Assembly: GCF_031769215.1 (NCBI RefSeq) | Contig: NW_026782129.1 | Coordinates: forward strand, 372,001 to 436,000 | Direction: 5' to 3' | Origin: Ylistrum balloti | Lineage: Eukaryota | Length of the DNA stretch: 64,000 bases | Shown here: one piece after another, positions 39,979 through 51,900 of the stretch | How the letters are laid out: every line of letters starts with the position of its first letter | Numbering within the stretch: position 1 is the stretch's first letter | Translations under genes and position numbers: made by a program | Notes under the pieces: generated by a model | Told to the model about the DNA's origin: nothing | Databases searched by the model: none | Seen by the model: only the letters and a program-made list of their open reading frames with translations

Positions 39979-41689
39979 CTGAAAGAAAAGATGTACATAG
40001 TATTTTACTTCATAAAATTCCAATGTAACTATCAAAGCCATTTTTGTTTATTATCTTTAGTCCAGTCTAGTAGGTTTGAATAGCATACAATTATTCACCT
40101 AAGTGTTTATGAGATATCACAACATCTAGGTACCACATCACTACATGATATTACCAGTGTGTCTTCTTAACACATATGTGAAAATAAGAAACAAACCAAA
40201 CCACTACCTCTTCTATATACTATATATAAATGTATCTCGGAATAAACAAATTTAAGCATGTTTTCACTGCACGTTGAAGATGAATTTGCACAGCAACAAT
40301 TGCTACATAAGCAATGTACAAAAACTGTAATTAGCACAGTCATATTTTGGTGCATAACTATAGTGTGAAAAGTACTGAAATAAGATTAGCACTGAAATAA
40401 TTATGTTTACAGTATTTTTAAATTTCAGAATTATTTGTTGTATACATAAGTAACCGATTCAAGTTTAGTATGTTTATGTAGTATCAGGGCTTGTTAAGAA
40501 GTAAATTACTTCCATCAGCTTGCAAGATAATTTGTCATCTCTGTTATTGTTACTTTTTTCTGTTTATAACAATGTAGAAAGACTTAGACACTGAAGCTCT
40601 CAAATAGCAGATCATAAACAAAGACTGAACGGACTTACTTCCCTTCCCATGTCTTGCCTCAACTTTTTGGTCAGTGGAGAAATAGAAAGTGTATACTGTA
40701 GAACTTAACGATGATATAGTTTTGGCATAAAATCTCTCTATATATTTAATCAATCAAAATTGCTATATATCATTAAATAAAAATCAGGAAGTAAAACTGT
40801 ATCTTTTCTTGCGAGAATCAGAAACCTTGTGATTTTTTTTTCTATTTTCAATATGGAATCCTGGTACAGTATTTTCAGGGTTGACTCTTTTCAACATCGT
40901 GTAACAGCATAAGATATTCTGCTCATGATAAGTAGACAAACTTGCTATGATGCATATTTCTTTTAATTCTAATCAAATGTATGATTTTTGAGAAATAGAG
41001 ATTTTTTTCAATCAGATTTTGGAGCACACAACCTCTGACAGCTTACATCATACATAAAAATACATATGTAAAAAACAGCAAGTTAATAGTTAGTGATTAC
41101 GAAATCATTGCCTGCTATAAAGGCGAGTATATACTGACATCTCCGTTGATAAACAAGTTTCCATTAAAATACCAAATCTTCATAATCAGGATTAAATTAT
41201 ATTGACAGTGTAAGTGATAGTATATCAAGTAATTTATTGTTGTAAACTAAGACTGAAACCTTCTAATAAACTTCTGTAAGCATGTTGCTCTTCTTCGTCA
41301 GTCTGCGTCCCTCGTTCTTCAGTTTTTCTACATAAAATTGAGACATAAACACACTTGCATATTTCCCAAAAGGCTGCAACTAAAACTATCATGCTATGTT
41401 TGAATCACTCAATCATAAGGATTACTGCCGTCCCGAACAGCCCAAACCATTTAAACATGTGCCGAAAAGTGAGAATCAAACTTGGGCGATACTAAAACTG
41501 AGATTATTAGAAACGAGATTGAGCTAAATGGACCGGACTGCGGACAACGCTAGAATTAGGACCCGAATATATCTTACTGCTAGCTAGAGTCTTTACTGTC
41601 ATAGCATAATAACGGAAACGAACGCAACTTAAATCATTATAAAGGTTGTGGGTTTTTCATTTAAATAAAATCTTACCTGTTTACCTTGG

Positions 41690-42190
41690 TATTCGCTGCA
41701 AATAATGTTCTTATTGGGTGAACGTTTCAAAAACACAAAAAACTATTATAAATTGGCTTTCCCTTTGTATTCCAGCATTTTAATTTTTTATGGAGATATC
41801 TTTTCTCAGTTTTTCGCTTATATCTCTGAAATTTGATTCAATTCTCTCGCGTGTGAGAGAAAAAGGATAATTTGCATCAAAAAGACAGCTTATTGAAAAC
41901 AAAAAGTGTCTGTTAATTATGAAAAACTAATAAAAGCAATCGAAATTAATACTGTACTAAACGAATTTCAGTGTTTTTGCCACAAAAAATTAATCGTTCA
42001 ATGATTTCCTCGGAATTTATTAGATTCCATTTTCATTCAAGAATTCTTGATATATTGTAATAGCCTAGTCCCTTTTTTAAAATTATCATTCTTCAATTAA
42101 ATATTCATGACCCCTCTCCGTGTTCGTTTCTAATATTAGAAGACCAATGTAAACTTCCGGGAATCTGCCGCACGAGAAAAGAAGGAATGG
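41690..42190. promoter_or_regulatory. Putative bidirectional promoter between EXD3 (-) and DPM2 (+)
   Basis: Head-to-head genes with a locally CpG-richer sequence. CCAAT lies at 42144-42148 and the ETS/GABP-type ACTTCCGG at 42153-42160, just upstream of the DPM2 ATG. A strong minus-strand donor CAG|GTAAGA at 41677 probably ends an EXD3 5' exon. Confidence 0.6.
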
Positions 42191-45100
42191 TATGTGACAA
42201 ACACCCTTTATTTTCCAAAAACCAATTGATAACAACCAAATGACATATACAAGTTATGAAACGATTTTATTGATGGTGCAAATTAACCTCATATGGTAAT
42301 GAATAATTAGTCCCTCCAGCAACTATCAGCAAACCATTGATGCATGAGAAAGTTCATTGATTTTTTAACATTGTAAATGGGATATCGTAATTATCAATCG
42401 TATGATATTATGCATCAGTCAATGCGATATATGTATAGATATATATAGGTATGGGTTGTCAAGTGTCGTAACTACTAGAAACACCTGATTTTCAGACTGG
42501 AATAAATATTATTCAAATCTGGCAGAGACATACTGTGGTGTATTATCCAAAAATGCCACATTCGGCTTCGTCCGTTCTGTATTTAAACAGGTTTTTAGAG
42601 GTGTTTTGTCATTAACAAATATTGCTAATTCCACAATATAAGACACAAAGTTCTAGATGCAAGAGTGGAAGAATTGCAGAATGTGTTCTTCCTTCGTACC
42701 ATTATCGCCTGGAACTTTCTTGACGAGGAAACAGTCAACAGTGTCACAGCTGAGGCCTTCAAGGCTTCAATCACTGGCTCCTAGCAACAATAAGTAACAT
42801 GTAACCCCACTTTCCCTCCCAATGCATGAAGTGTCAAAAGAATAATGTATTGTAAACATTCATATAAAGATCTGGTCACAATCCCTTCATGCAATAGAAG
42901 AATTTTAAAGGTTTATAATTACTCCAGGGGCTAGACCTGAACAGGATTTTAAAGCTTTACCTCTATTTCACCTATTGGATTGTACCACTCAGACCCATGC
43001 AGAGACAGACCCCCAATTTAAATGAAGTTGATTTTAGTCAATTTTATTAATACAAATTCTTTCAATTCTCTTATAACATAAATTATTTCATCATCATTAG
43101 TTCTTAATATTACCACTGATATAACATTTGGTATTCATATGTATTGGAACTGAATTAGGTTAATCATTGGCATCCAGGTAAATTAATTGATAGACCATTT
43201 GTCTAGAGTTTTGAAGGTTAAATGTAGATTTGAACCCTGGTCCGACTGTGCATTTTCTCCCTCCTTGTTTGGTTGTAAGTAGTTGTGTCAATGGGGGCAA
43301 AAACTTATAACAACTTGACTGGGTTGATAGTTGACAATCCAAGTAGCTTAATTGGTAGAGTATGGAGATAGGAGGATCTCCAGTTCGAACCCTGGTCCAC
43401 TCCTAATATAAGTACAAATGTAAACAAATCAAAACAGCCAGTGCATTTTCTTTCCTATCTGAAATCTTTATAGAGTAGACTGAATAAGCAATTGGTTTAC
43501 AATTTATCTCTGCTGCATCTACCTCATTGTTTTTTTAAGTTTAGGTAGCCATTCCTATCAGTTACAAGAGAAACGCAGAACTGAGCCAACAGAGCCATAC
43601 AAAATAGCATTTATTTAATTCAGTGTCAGGTGTAACAAAAGTAATGTCTTCAAGATATGCTACAAGAAACTAGCAAAATGCTTGAATTATTCAAAATAAT
43701 GGCATGATGTTTATTTTGTAGATTTACTTTTGTCTGAATAATGCTTTTATTTTTTGTAGGCAACTGGTACAGACCAGGCCCTAGGTTGGGGCTTGGTAGG
43801 GTTTAGCATGTCAATATTTATATATTACACAGCTTGGATTATTATTTTGGTAAGTCTTTTTACAAAGTTAATCAACCAAAGCTCACAATATTTTAAGAAT
43901 TTTATACTTCCATTGTTACAGATTGAAAAAATAACACAATTGAAATTACTTTTTGTAAACATAAATTCTACAAGTTCATGTGTACAGTTTTTTTATGTCT
44001 ATGTGACTGAAAAACTACAAATATCTTAAAAAATGGCCTCTATTATGCTCAAGATAAAATAACTTACTTTGAAGAGAACGAGAGTTTTCAAAGGTTTATT
44101 TGTTTTTTCTTATCGCTCATTTGCCCCATAGGGGACCAAATTCTATTGATACAAAAATTGATTCCCCTTTACCAAAGACTTTTCCATACCTCATTACTTT
44201 ATTTGCCGTGTCCTCATGGGACTTAGATCCTTCCTTGATACTAAATTGAATCCCTTGATCTTCACCTTAAGATGCTCTCAACCAAACTTTGTTGATTTAA
44301 TTCTATTTTCCCCTTTTGGTCCAGTGTTGGCAGCATAGCTTATACAAAATAAAAACAAAAATCACTATGATGCTTTACACCAATTTTTTAAAAACACTAT
44401 TGAGTGTCCTTGGCTGTAAGTATGTGAATGACACTGCACTAGAGGATACAACTTCATTTGTTCTTTGAACCAGGTGAAATCAGAAACTCAAAGTATTTTC
44501 TCACCAAGTGCTTTTTGACATTGGTTTATCTCTCACTGATTTTTTCCTGACAGCCATTCATTGATGAAGGCCAACTGATCCACAGCTTCTTCATGCCCCG
44601 AATTTATGCTTTAGTTATACCATTGTCTTCTGGTGTTCTTGGGCTACTTGTTATTGGTAAGTTGTGCACTATTTCTTCAAAAATACTGAAAGGATGTATC
44701 ATGTTTCAATCCCTACCTAGGGAGCTTCATGATGGTTTTTGAGGAAATTGATAGTATTATAAGGTCATCTTGCTTTGCTGTTGAGTGCAGAGACCACCCA
44801 ATTTTCTGTAGATAACATACAATAAGTCACCTGTGTGACATTCATTGAGGTAGCCACTGACAAATAAAAGGAGACTCCGCATCAAAATGATCCTAGTTGT
44901 TCACTAGGAGTAAAACAAGGAGACAAATGAACTATGTTATATGTTTAAAACAACCCAAAATATTCCGATAAATTTAAAATCTTACAGATAGGTATTTCAT
45001 GTTAAGAACTTACCTGTACTTTGTTACTTAATATTTCCATTTTACTAATATTATCTTCTTCTCTTTTTAATTTTTAAGTAAAATGAGTTATCCTTCTGTT

Positions 45101-45292
45101 GGTATATATTATTATTACAATAATGTAGTCCACAAAATATGAAGTAGACATTGATCTGAACTACAATATTATTGAATCATCACCATGTTTTGTATGGTAA
45201 GAATGCAATAGGATTTATTTCTTGTGTATTTTTTAGGTTTGTTTGTGGGAGTCACCATGCTGAAATCAACACAAAAAGAAAAGACAAGCTAG
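42187..45292 (+). CDS. DPM2: Dolichol-phosphate mannosyltransferase regulatory subunit 2, 83 aa, 4 exons: 42187-42189, 43760-43849, 44554-44656, 45237-45292
   Basis: Spliced product M|ATGTDQALGWGLVGFSMSIFIYYTAWIIIL|PFIDEGQLIHSFFMPRIYALVIPLSSGVLGLLVIG|LFVGVTMLKSTQKEKTS* closely follows the DPM2 family (MATGTDQ...YYTAW...PFID...FLPR.YA..IP). The ATG-only first exon (ATG|gtatgt) is inferred; an alternative ATG|gtaatg lies near 42293. Confidence 0.93.
42600..42790 (+). mobile_element. CR1/L2-type LINE 3' end remnant in DPM2 intron 1
   Basis: From 42686 the sequence translates FFLRTIIAWNFLDEETVNSVTAEAFKASI, matching the typical SFFPRTI..WN.LP...V.....FK ORF2 terminus. Confidence 0.7.
43340..43402 (+). 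mobile_element. tRNA-derived SINE head
   Basis: A-box-like TAGCTTAATTGGTAGAG at 43344-43360 and B-box GTTCGAACCC at 43383-43392, with no intact cloverleaf. A partial duplicate (TTTGAACCCTGGTCC) lies at about 43230. Confidence 0.55.
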
Positions 45293-45573
45293 TGGAGTGG
45301 TATTCTTTGATACACTGAAGACCCAGAAACATGAAAGCAATATTGAGATTTTGTAAAGTGATGTCATGTGCCTTGTTATTTCATGTACTTATACTGTATA
45401 ATCTATTATCAAAGTGTTAGTTTTTATTGTTGCAGACAAAATTTACCAGTTTTTTAAAGCTTTTATGGTATATGGGACAGAAAGTTGCTCATTCTAGTCA
45501 TGGAATATCATGTGAAAATCCTGCATCTAATGGGTGAGATTGTCAGTGTGTGATTTTAACTTTTCCTAAAATT

Positions 45574-45999
45574 AACAAGAGGCATAATAAGCATGTATCT
45601 CTTATCTAGTATTCATTGCATTTCACAAATACATGAACAATTCATATCATTAACAAAGTTTTGGTTAATGAGAAGTCTTTTTTTTTCATGTAGACTTCGT
45701 TTGGCTTCATCTAAGGAACCTTCTATCCAAATGAAATGATTCTACGCCATTTGGTTATTGAAAAGTTTTCAGAAGGTTTTACAGTAACTAATTTGACCAC
45801 TATTACCTTGACTTTGGGTCAAGGTCATCTCTTTTATTAAACTTGTTGTGCATCATCAAAGTAACCTTCAAACCAAGTATCATAATTCTAGGCTTTTTAG
45901 TATTAAGAAGTCATTTAAAGGGAAAAGTTAAGGCTGGATAGACAATGGACACCACATCATGGCAAAGTTCACTCGACCCTTCAGGCCAGGTGAGGTTAA
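45574..45999 (+). mobile_element. Non-autonomous HINE-like element downstream of the DPM2 stop
   Basis: 5' AACAAGAGGC, internal TGACCTT/AAGGTCA motifs, and 3' GTTCACTCGACCCTTCAGGCCAGGTGAGGTTAA. Confidence 0.5.
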
Positions 46000-47027
46000 T
46001 ATAATACATCACCGGACATTTCAACACAGTAGTTTATTCATGTGATATGTGTAAGACTCTGTTAGTTGTAATTGTGTGCACATCTTTGTTGTAAATGAAT
46101 GGAATGTAAAAAAGTTAACTTATTTTTTAATGCCAGCTGACTGGTTAATGTGAGATACCATTTACATGAATGTGTTTTCATTTGGTAGATTTTTTGCTGG
46201 AGTTGACTGATCTGTCTGATTTTTTCAACAATAAAAACTGTTGTGTGCCACTCCTTACTACTAGCTAGTCAGTCACAATAAGTTGGCACCACACAGATTA
46301 TTTTGTGGTTATATCATTGTGATAAAATAGAGAAGCTTTATATAATCTTTAAGAGAAAGAAATGGTTTACTTCACAGAATAAGAGTGGAAATGATATCAG
46401 ATTTATTACACAACTGTGAATTTTATTTTATATGATCAACATGGAGGTTGTTTTCAGTACTTATCTGGTGATATTTTGTTATCTTTATAGCCATGTTTTA
46501 TGAAAATTAGTTTTGTCACATTGTTATTTTTAATTTTATGGTACTTTAATGCATAAGAACTGCCGTATCCTTGTCATCTGCATACTTGTTATGAATATGT
46601 GATATTAAATGATTTTTAAAGAGCAAACATTCTATAGTCAAAGTGGTACCACACTGCTTATTCTTAGCATTAGACTTAAGGTTGTTTTGGGGTTTCACAC
46701 TAATACTTGAAAGCAATTTAGAAGACAAATATTAACTTTTGAAATTTTCACTGTTTTTAAACTATTTTGACAAATGATTTCCATAATTTTGTAAGGGTAA
46801 ATTACATGAAGACCTCTTACACAAACTTCATTCTGATACCCTGGGTAGGTTGAATTGGGAATTTTTTTGAGGATATTTTCTCGATTTATTTGAAGACTTT
46901 TCTTGCCATTTATGTAACAATGGTCTTTTAATAAAGTTTTGGCATTTATTACAGCTGTTACATTATGTTGTATTTAAGTCATAACTGTTATAATCACACA
47001 CCTCCTGTAATGATTAACAGTAAGTGC

Positions 47028-47476
47028 CTAGCACCTCTAGTTCCCTTTTGGTCACTTGATGTGTTTAATGGAATTATTTTGTGATACTAAGTCATTGATA
47101 GACAGTATATGCATACTTTCAAGGAAATCAAAACATTTGTCCATTTTATGTGGGGTAGGATTTCATTTCCTACCTCCCACTTCCTCTCAATTTTCCAGTC
47201 ACCATTGTGATAGTGAGACAATTCATATACATCTACATTACAAAAATAATATCACCACTGAATTGAAGATATTTCGCCATATTTTTTCTCCATTTCAACT
47301 CGGAGACAAATGATCATTTCATATATCTTATCTCTGTTTCCTAGGAAGGCTCCAGGTAAACTGTGAATCCCAAATGGAGTTGGAAAGTATCTGACATTCT
47401 GGTGTCAAACTTCTCTTGTTATACTACAATATAAACTACAACTCAGATGATCATTAAAGTCCACGGGCCTCTTGTA
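47028..47476 (-). mobile_element. Non-autonomous HINE-like element
   Basis: The minus strand starts ACAAGAGGCCCGTGGA, sharing ACAAGAGGCCCGTGG with the element start at 22992, and ends ...AAAAGGGAACTAGAGGTGCTA. Confidence 0.45.
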
Positions 47477-48956
47477 TTCATGAAGTATACATGATAAAAA
47501 CATAGACATCACAAATTCCATCTTATACATATTATTACCAAAAAATACCTAATATTTTCAGAAAGTCACATTCTTCATTGCATAAAATACAAGTATTGTT
47601 GTAAACATGTTTATGAACAGGTTTCGATACTTTAATAAAATCATACATATATACATATACAAACAATTCAAATTCCCATAAAACCCAGTGTGTGCTAATC
47701 CAATGGCAAGCTCTGGAGAAATAAATGTGTATCTGAACAGGCTCATTGTGAGCTTACCTGTCAAGTGTTGAAACATCCAAGTTAAGTACCTAACATTCTC
47801 TTTCTTAATTATCAAGATTAGAATGAATTTGAACTCTATGTCAGTTAAGAGATTATTATATTTTGTTAATCTGTATCCAAGTTAAGGTGTGTTTGATAAA
47901 AAATTCCAATGTTCCTCTATTGTGGGTGCATGATTTAATTGTTGTACAGGACCTAAAAATAACTATCTCCTTTTTGTTTTTTTCATGCACTCCTAAACTC
48001 TTTGCAATGCATACCCAAGGCAATTAGTGTTATTTTTAATGTTTCAATGTTTTTGTTCTGAGACTGTGGTATAAATGATTATAATTGATTTAGCTACATG
48101 ACCTGTTTAACTATCAATAGTCCTGTTTGTTATTATGTCCTGGTTTAGATTGTGCCATTAATGTGCAATAGTTTGTGTATATGATGTAACAGATAAATAT
48201 ATGAGAATGATATCAATAAATGCCTTTTGTGTTGTATTTAGTGTTATGCCCCTTCCCTGACTGGAAGGCGAGATAACAAACATCTCCAGAACACCAATGT
48301 TTGTCTGTGAAACAACACCAAGTGAAAGTAAGTCACAGAGACAAAAAACCTGTAACTAAAGAACCAAGTTATCCTGTAGCTTTCTGTACATTGCTAGTAA
48401 AAAATTGTTAAGAAATAGATGAATTTTAAAAAATAAAAACAATATCTGTGCAGTATACAACACTTGACTTTCAATATGTGACCATGTTTATATTAACCTA
48501 ATTCTTTTCTTAATATATGTGATAAATAACAATGATAATAAATGGGAATATGTTACCTTCACGATGCAACATTTGGTAATACATAATGATAATTATTTTG
48601 ATCATTGAAAATTACTGAAGCTTTTAGGTTCATTGTCTACTTCAAAACATTAAGGAAATTTCCTCCAAAGTAATTTATATGATTTTCATTGTGGAGAGAA
48701 TAGCTGATCATATAAAAAGTACCAGTGATAGACCTTTCATAAATATAATTTGTCCTTTAGTATATTTGTAGTCCTGTAACATGTCACTGGTTTATGTATC
48801 AACTACAAGACTGTTAGTTTGTTCCTCTTTCCAGGGTTTAAGCACTTGCTATAATTTCATGGACCTTATCCCAAAAGGTCTGAAGTGACGCAGAACTGAG
48901 TAACATAATGTTGCTTCTGCCTAAAACATTCAAAAAGCTTTATCGTTCATGATATT

Positions 48957-51900
48957 TCAACTTGGTATGGTGGTGATTTGTTCTATCAACCTTCGTGGTG
49001 TGGCTGCTGTAGCTGTTCCTTGGAATACTTCCTTCTCTGTGAAGAGAAGAATAAAGAATATTAAGTCAAATCAATCATAGTTTCCACCATTCCATGGTCT
49101 CTATTGGTTCTTTTCTCTTCATTCTTCTTGTTTATCTGAATTATATGCAATTTTAGAGTACCTCTCAGAAAATACAAATAATAGTCTTCAACTGTCAAAT
49201 CCAAAATGGGCAATGCATAACTAGGCTTGGGACCAATTGGATCCATCCAGTACTTCAATGGAAACATTCATTGTCCAATCCCAACATTACCATGCCACCT
49301 ATCGGCTATTTTCTTATCAGTCTCAAAACTGAGGCAATACAAGAGACAAAGGTGACCAACATATGAAGTACGAGGCAAATGAACCAACTAACTCACAAAA
49401 ATAGCAAAAATAAAATTCAATTTCTAAACGTAAGATGACCACCTGTTTGAGAGTGTCTCTTGTTTAGGTAGAAAGGGTCGAGTCTTAAAATGCAATTGCT
49501 GCACTTTTCCTCAGGCTAGGTAATTTTACACAAACAATCAATATCATTGGTATTACTTACGTAATTTGGGTATTTGTTTTTCCAAGATTTTGCTGGCAGT
49601 ATTACTTGTACGTTGCAAAATCTTTGTCGTATTGCAGAGCTTGTTTATCTAGATGTGAGAAATAAAATATATATCAACACCAGTTCTTAGATTATTCTAT
49701 GGTTTCAATTACAATACTTCCCTTCTTCAATGCTCATGTAAAACATTTGTATTCACAAGAATTTCTGTTTAATCATATATTTTTGGGGGCTCAGTTTTGC
49801 CATTTTTTGAAAAATTACCATTTTGTTGACACTCACCCAATTTCATGGGTAAAAGTAGCCAAATATTCTACTTATACTAATTTCAACAGTTCATAGACAT
49901 ATGAATTCATGGATTAGGAATGCCCACCAAATCAATGAAAGTAAATCCTCTATGAAAATTCTTAATTTTACAATAACTGACTGATAGGAAGAAAGATCTT
50001 CAGTAATCCCTTCTGTAATGTTACAGTGTAGCAAGTTTGAGGCTGATTGACAAAAGGAAACTGAAACCAACCAATCGACAAGTAATAAAGTAGCAGTAAC
50101 ATTTACCCTTCATACTAAGCAAACCCACTACCCTCCCCCTTTACATGATGAAGCAAAGCAACCTGATGATTTATGAAGAAGCAGTCCCAAGCTTTTCAAA
50201 CCAATGTTAGGTGAACTTATAGTAAACGTGACCTTGATATTTCAGACATAGAAATCATTTTCACATTACGAAGTGACACAATAATCCCTGGCAACAAAAA
50301 CAAGTCTGGCTTATCTGTATGACATCCTGTATCAGTCTGAGTCTTGTACCTTTCTTAAAAATCAAAATTTGAGGCACATTACAGTATATGGTGCAGTAAA
50401 ATCAGTGAATAAGGAGAAAAACAAGTACTATGAAAAATTTGTAAACAAATAATACCAAATTTGAGTGCAGGTTCAGTTTAATGACTCATCTAAAACAAGT
50501 TTTGTGATTCAGCTGAACCAAAGCTAAGAAAAAGCTGATTTATGAAATTTGATGTAAATGAAGAAAAGAAGGAACAACTTACATGGAATTTTGTGGATTT
50601 CATGTCTTTATCCAGGTCTAATAGCATGCTGGTATAATCTATTTTGGACGACATGTATTCCTCTCCCAGCTTCTTAACGTAGAATGGAATATCAGCTTCT
50701 GAAACGTTTCGTTCTTTCTTCTGGCTGAAACAGGTAAAGACAAAACAGAGACCTGAATAGTTACATTTGTATAAAGTTGTAACTTGTTATGACATGGATA
50801 TAATCATACAGCAAATAGTTTAGCCTACAAAAAGATATTTGGGATTGAGCTAAATTGGCTGATATTATCCCTAAAATATGCCCCTTCCACATTGGAAATG
50901 GTCAAATTAGATTAAAATGTTTGATGAAAAATCTCAGATTTAGGGCCTGTCTACCATGAGAGTATTCAATTCTATAAAGTTTATGTTGGTAATGTCCTTC
51001 AATGGTGATAGTTCAATACAACATTTTCACTGCATCAAAATAAGTTAAGATATTTCTTAACAAAATCTAAATCATTTTCATCCTAAAACATTTACAGAAA
51101 AAGGGTTATTTTCCTGCAAAAGACAAACTTCATTATCACTCTATTGAGGATCTTGGTACAATGGCATTCACATGATTCAAAAGAATCTAAAATCTATGAT
51201 TCTACTGTCTGAATATCTCCATAAACAAGAGATCCATGAGGGATCTTGGCATCCACCATTGTTTGATCTTTATATGCTTTTCGAAAGTTGGATCTTTTCC
51301 CTTCTTTTCTCTTCCGTGTTTTTGCTGCTAATGATAAGAAATTTGAACATTCCTTTGTAGAAATAGCAACAATCTTTAGGTCATTTTCTTTTTATGATCA
51401 GTACCAAAATCAAACAGGCACAACAAGGGATCAAGGGAAACATACACATGAAAACTGAGAAAGATCAATGCTGTATCTCTTAATAAAAAGTGATAACAAA
51501 CTTTCAAAGACAAAATCCATGATGGCTGTTTGTCAGCCATTTTGCTTTTCTGATCAGACCCAAAATCAAATGGGCACAACTAGGACCCAAGCAGAATCTA
51601 CATATGAAAACTAAGAAAGGTCCATCCAGTACTTCTCAAAAAATAACGATAACAAACATTCAAAGTCAAAATCCAAGATGGCCACCTTTCATCCATTTTA
51701 TTTTTCTGATCAGTCCTAAAATAAGAAGGGCACAACAAGAGATAAAGGGGAACCTACATATGATATATGGACGTAGGGCAACATCTGGTGATGGTGGGCT
51801 ATAAAAAATTATGAAATAGAACAGTTTACCTCAGTATATGTAATTTCCTTGAACTTATAATACTTTCCTGTGAAAAATATGTTGAGAATATTATGAAACT

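Noticed and set aside
43340-43402. Possible tRNA gene
   Set aside because: A and B boxes are present but I could not fold acceptor or anticodon stems, so it is treated as a SINE head. tRNAscan-SE would decide.
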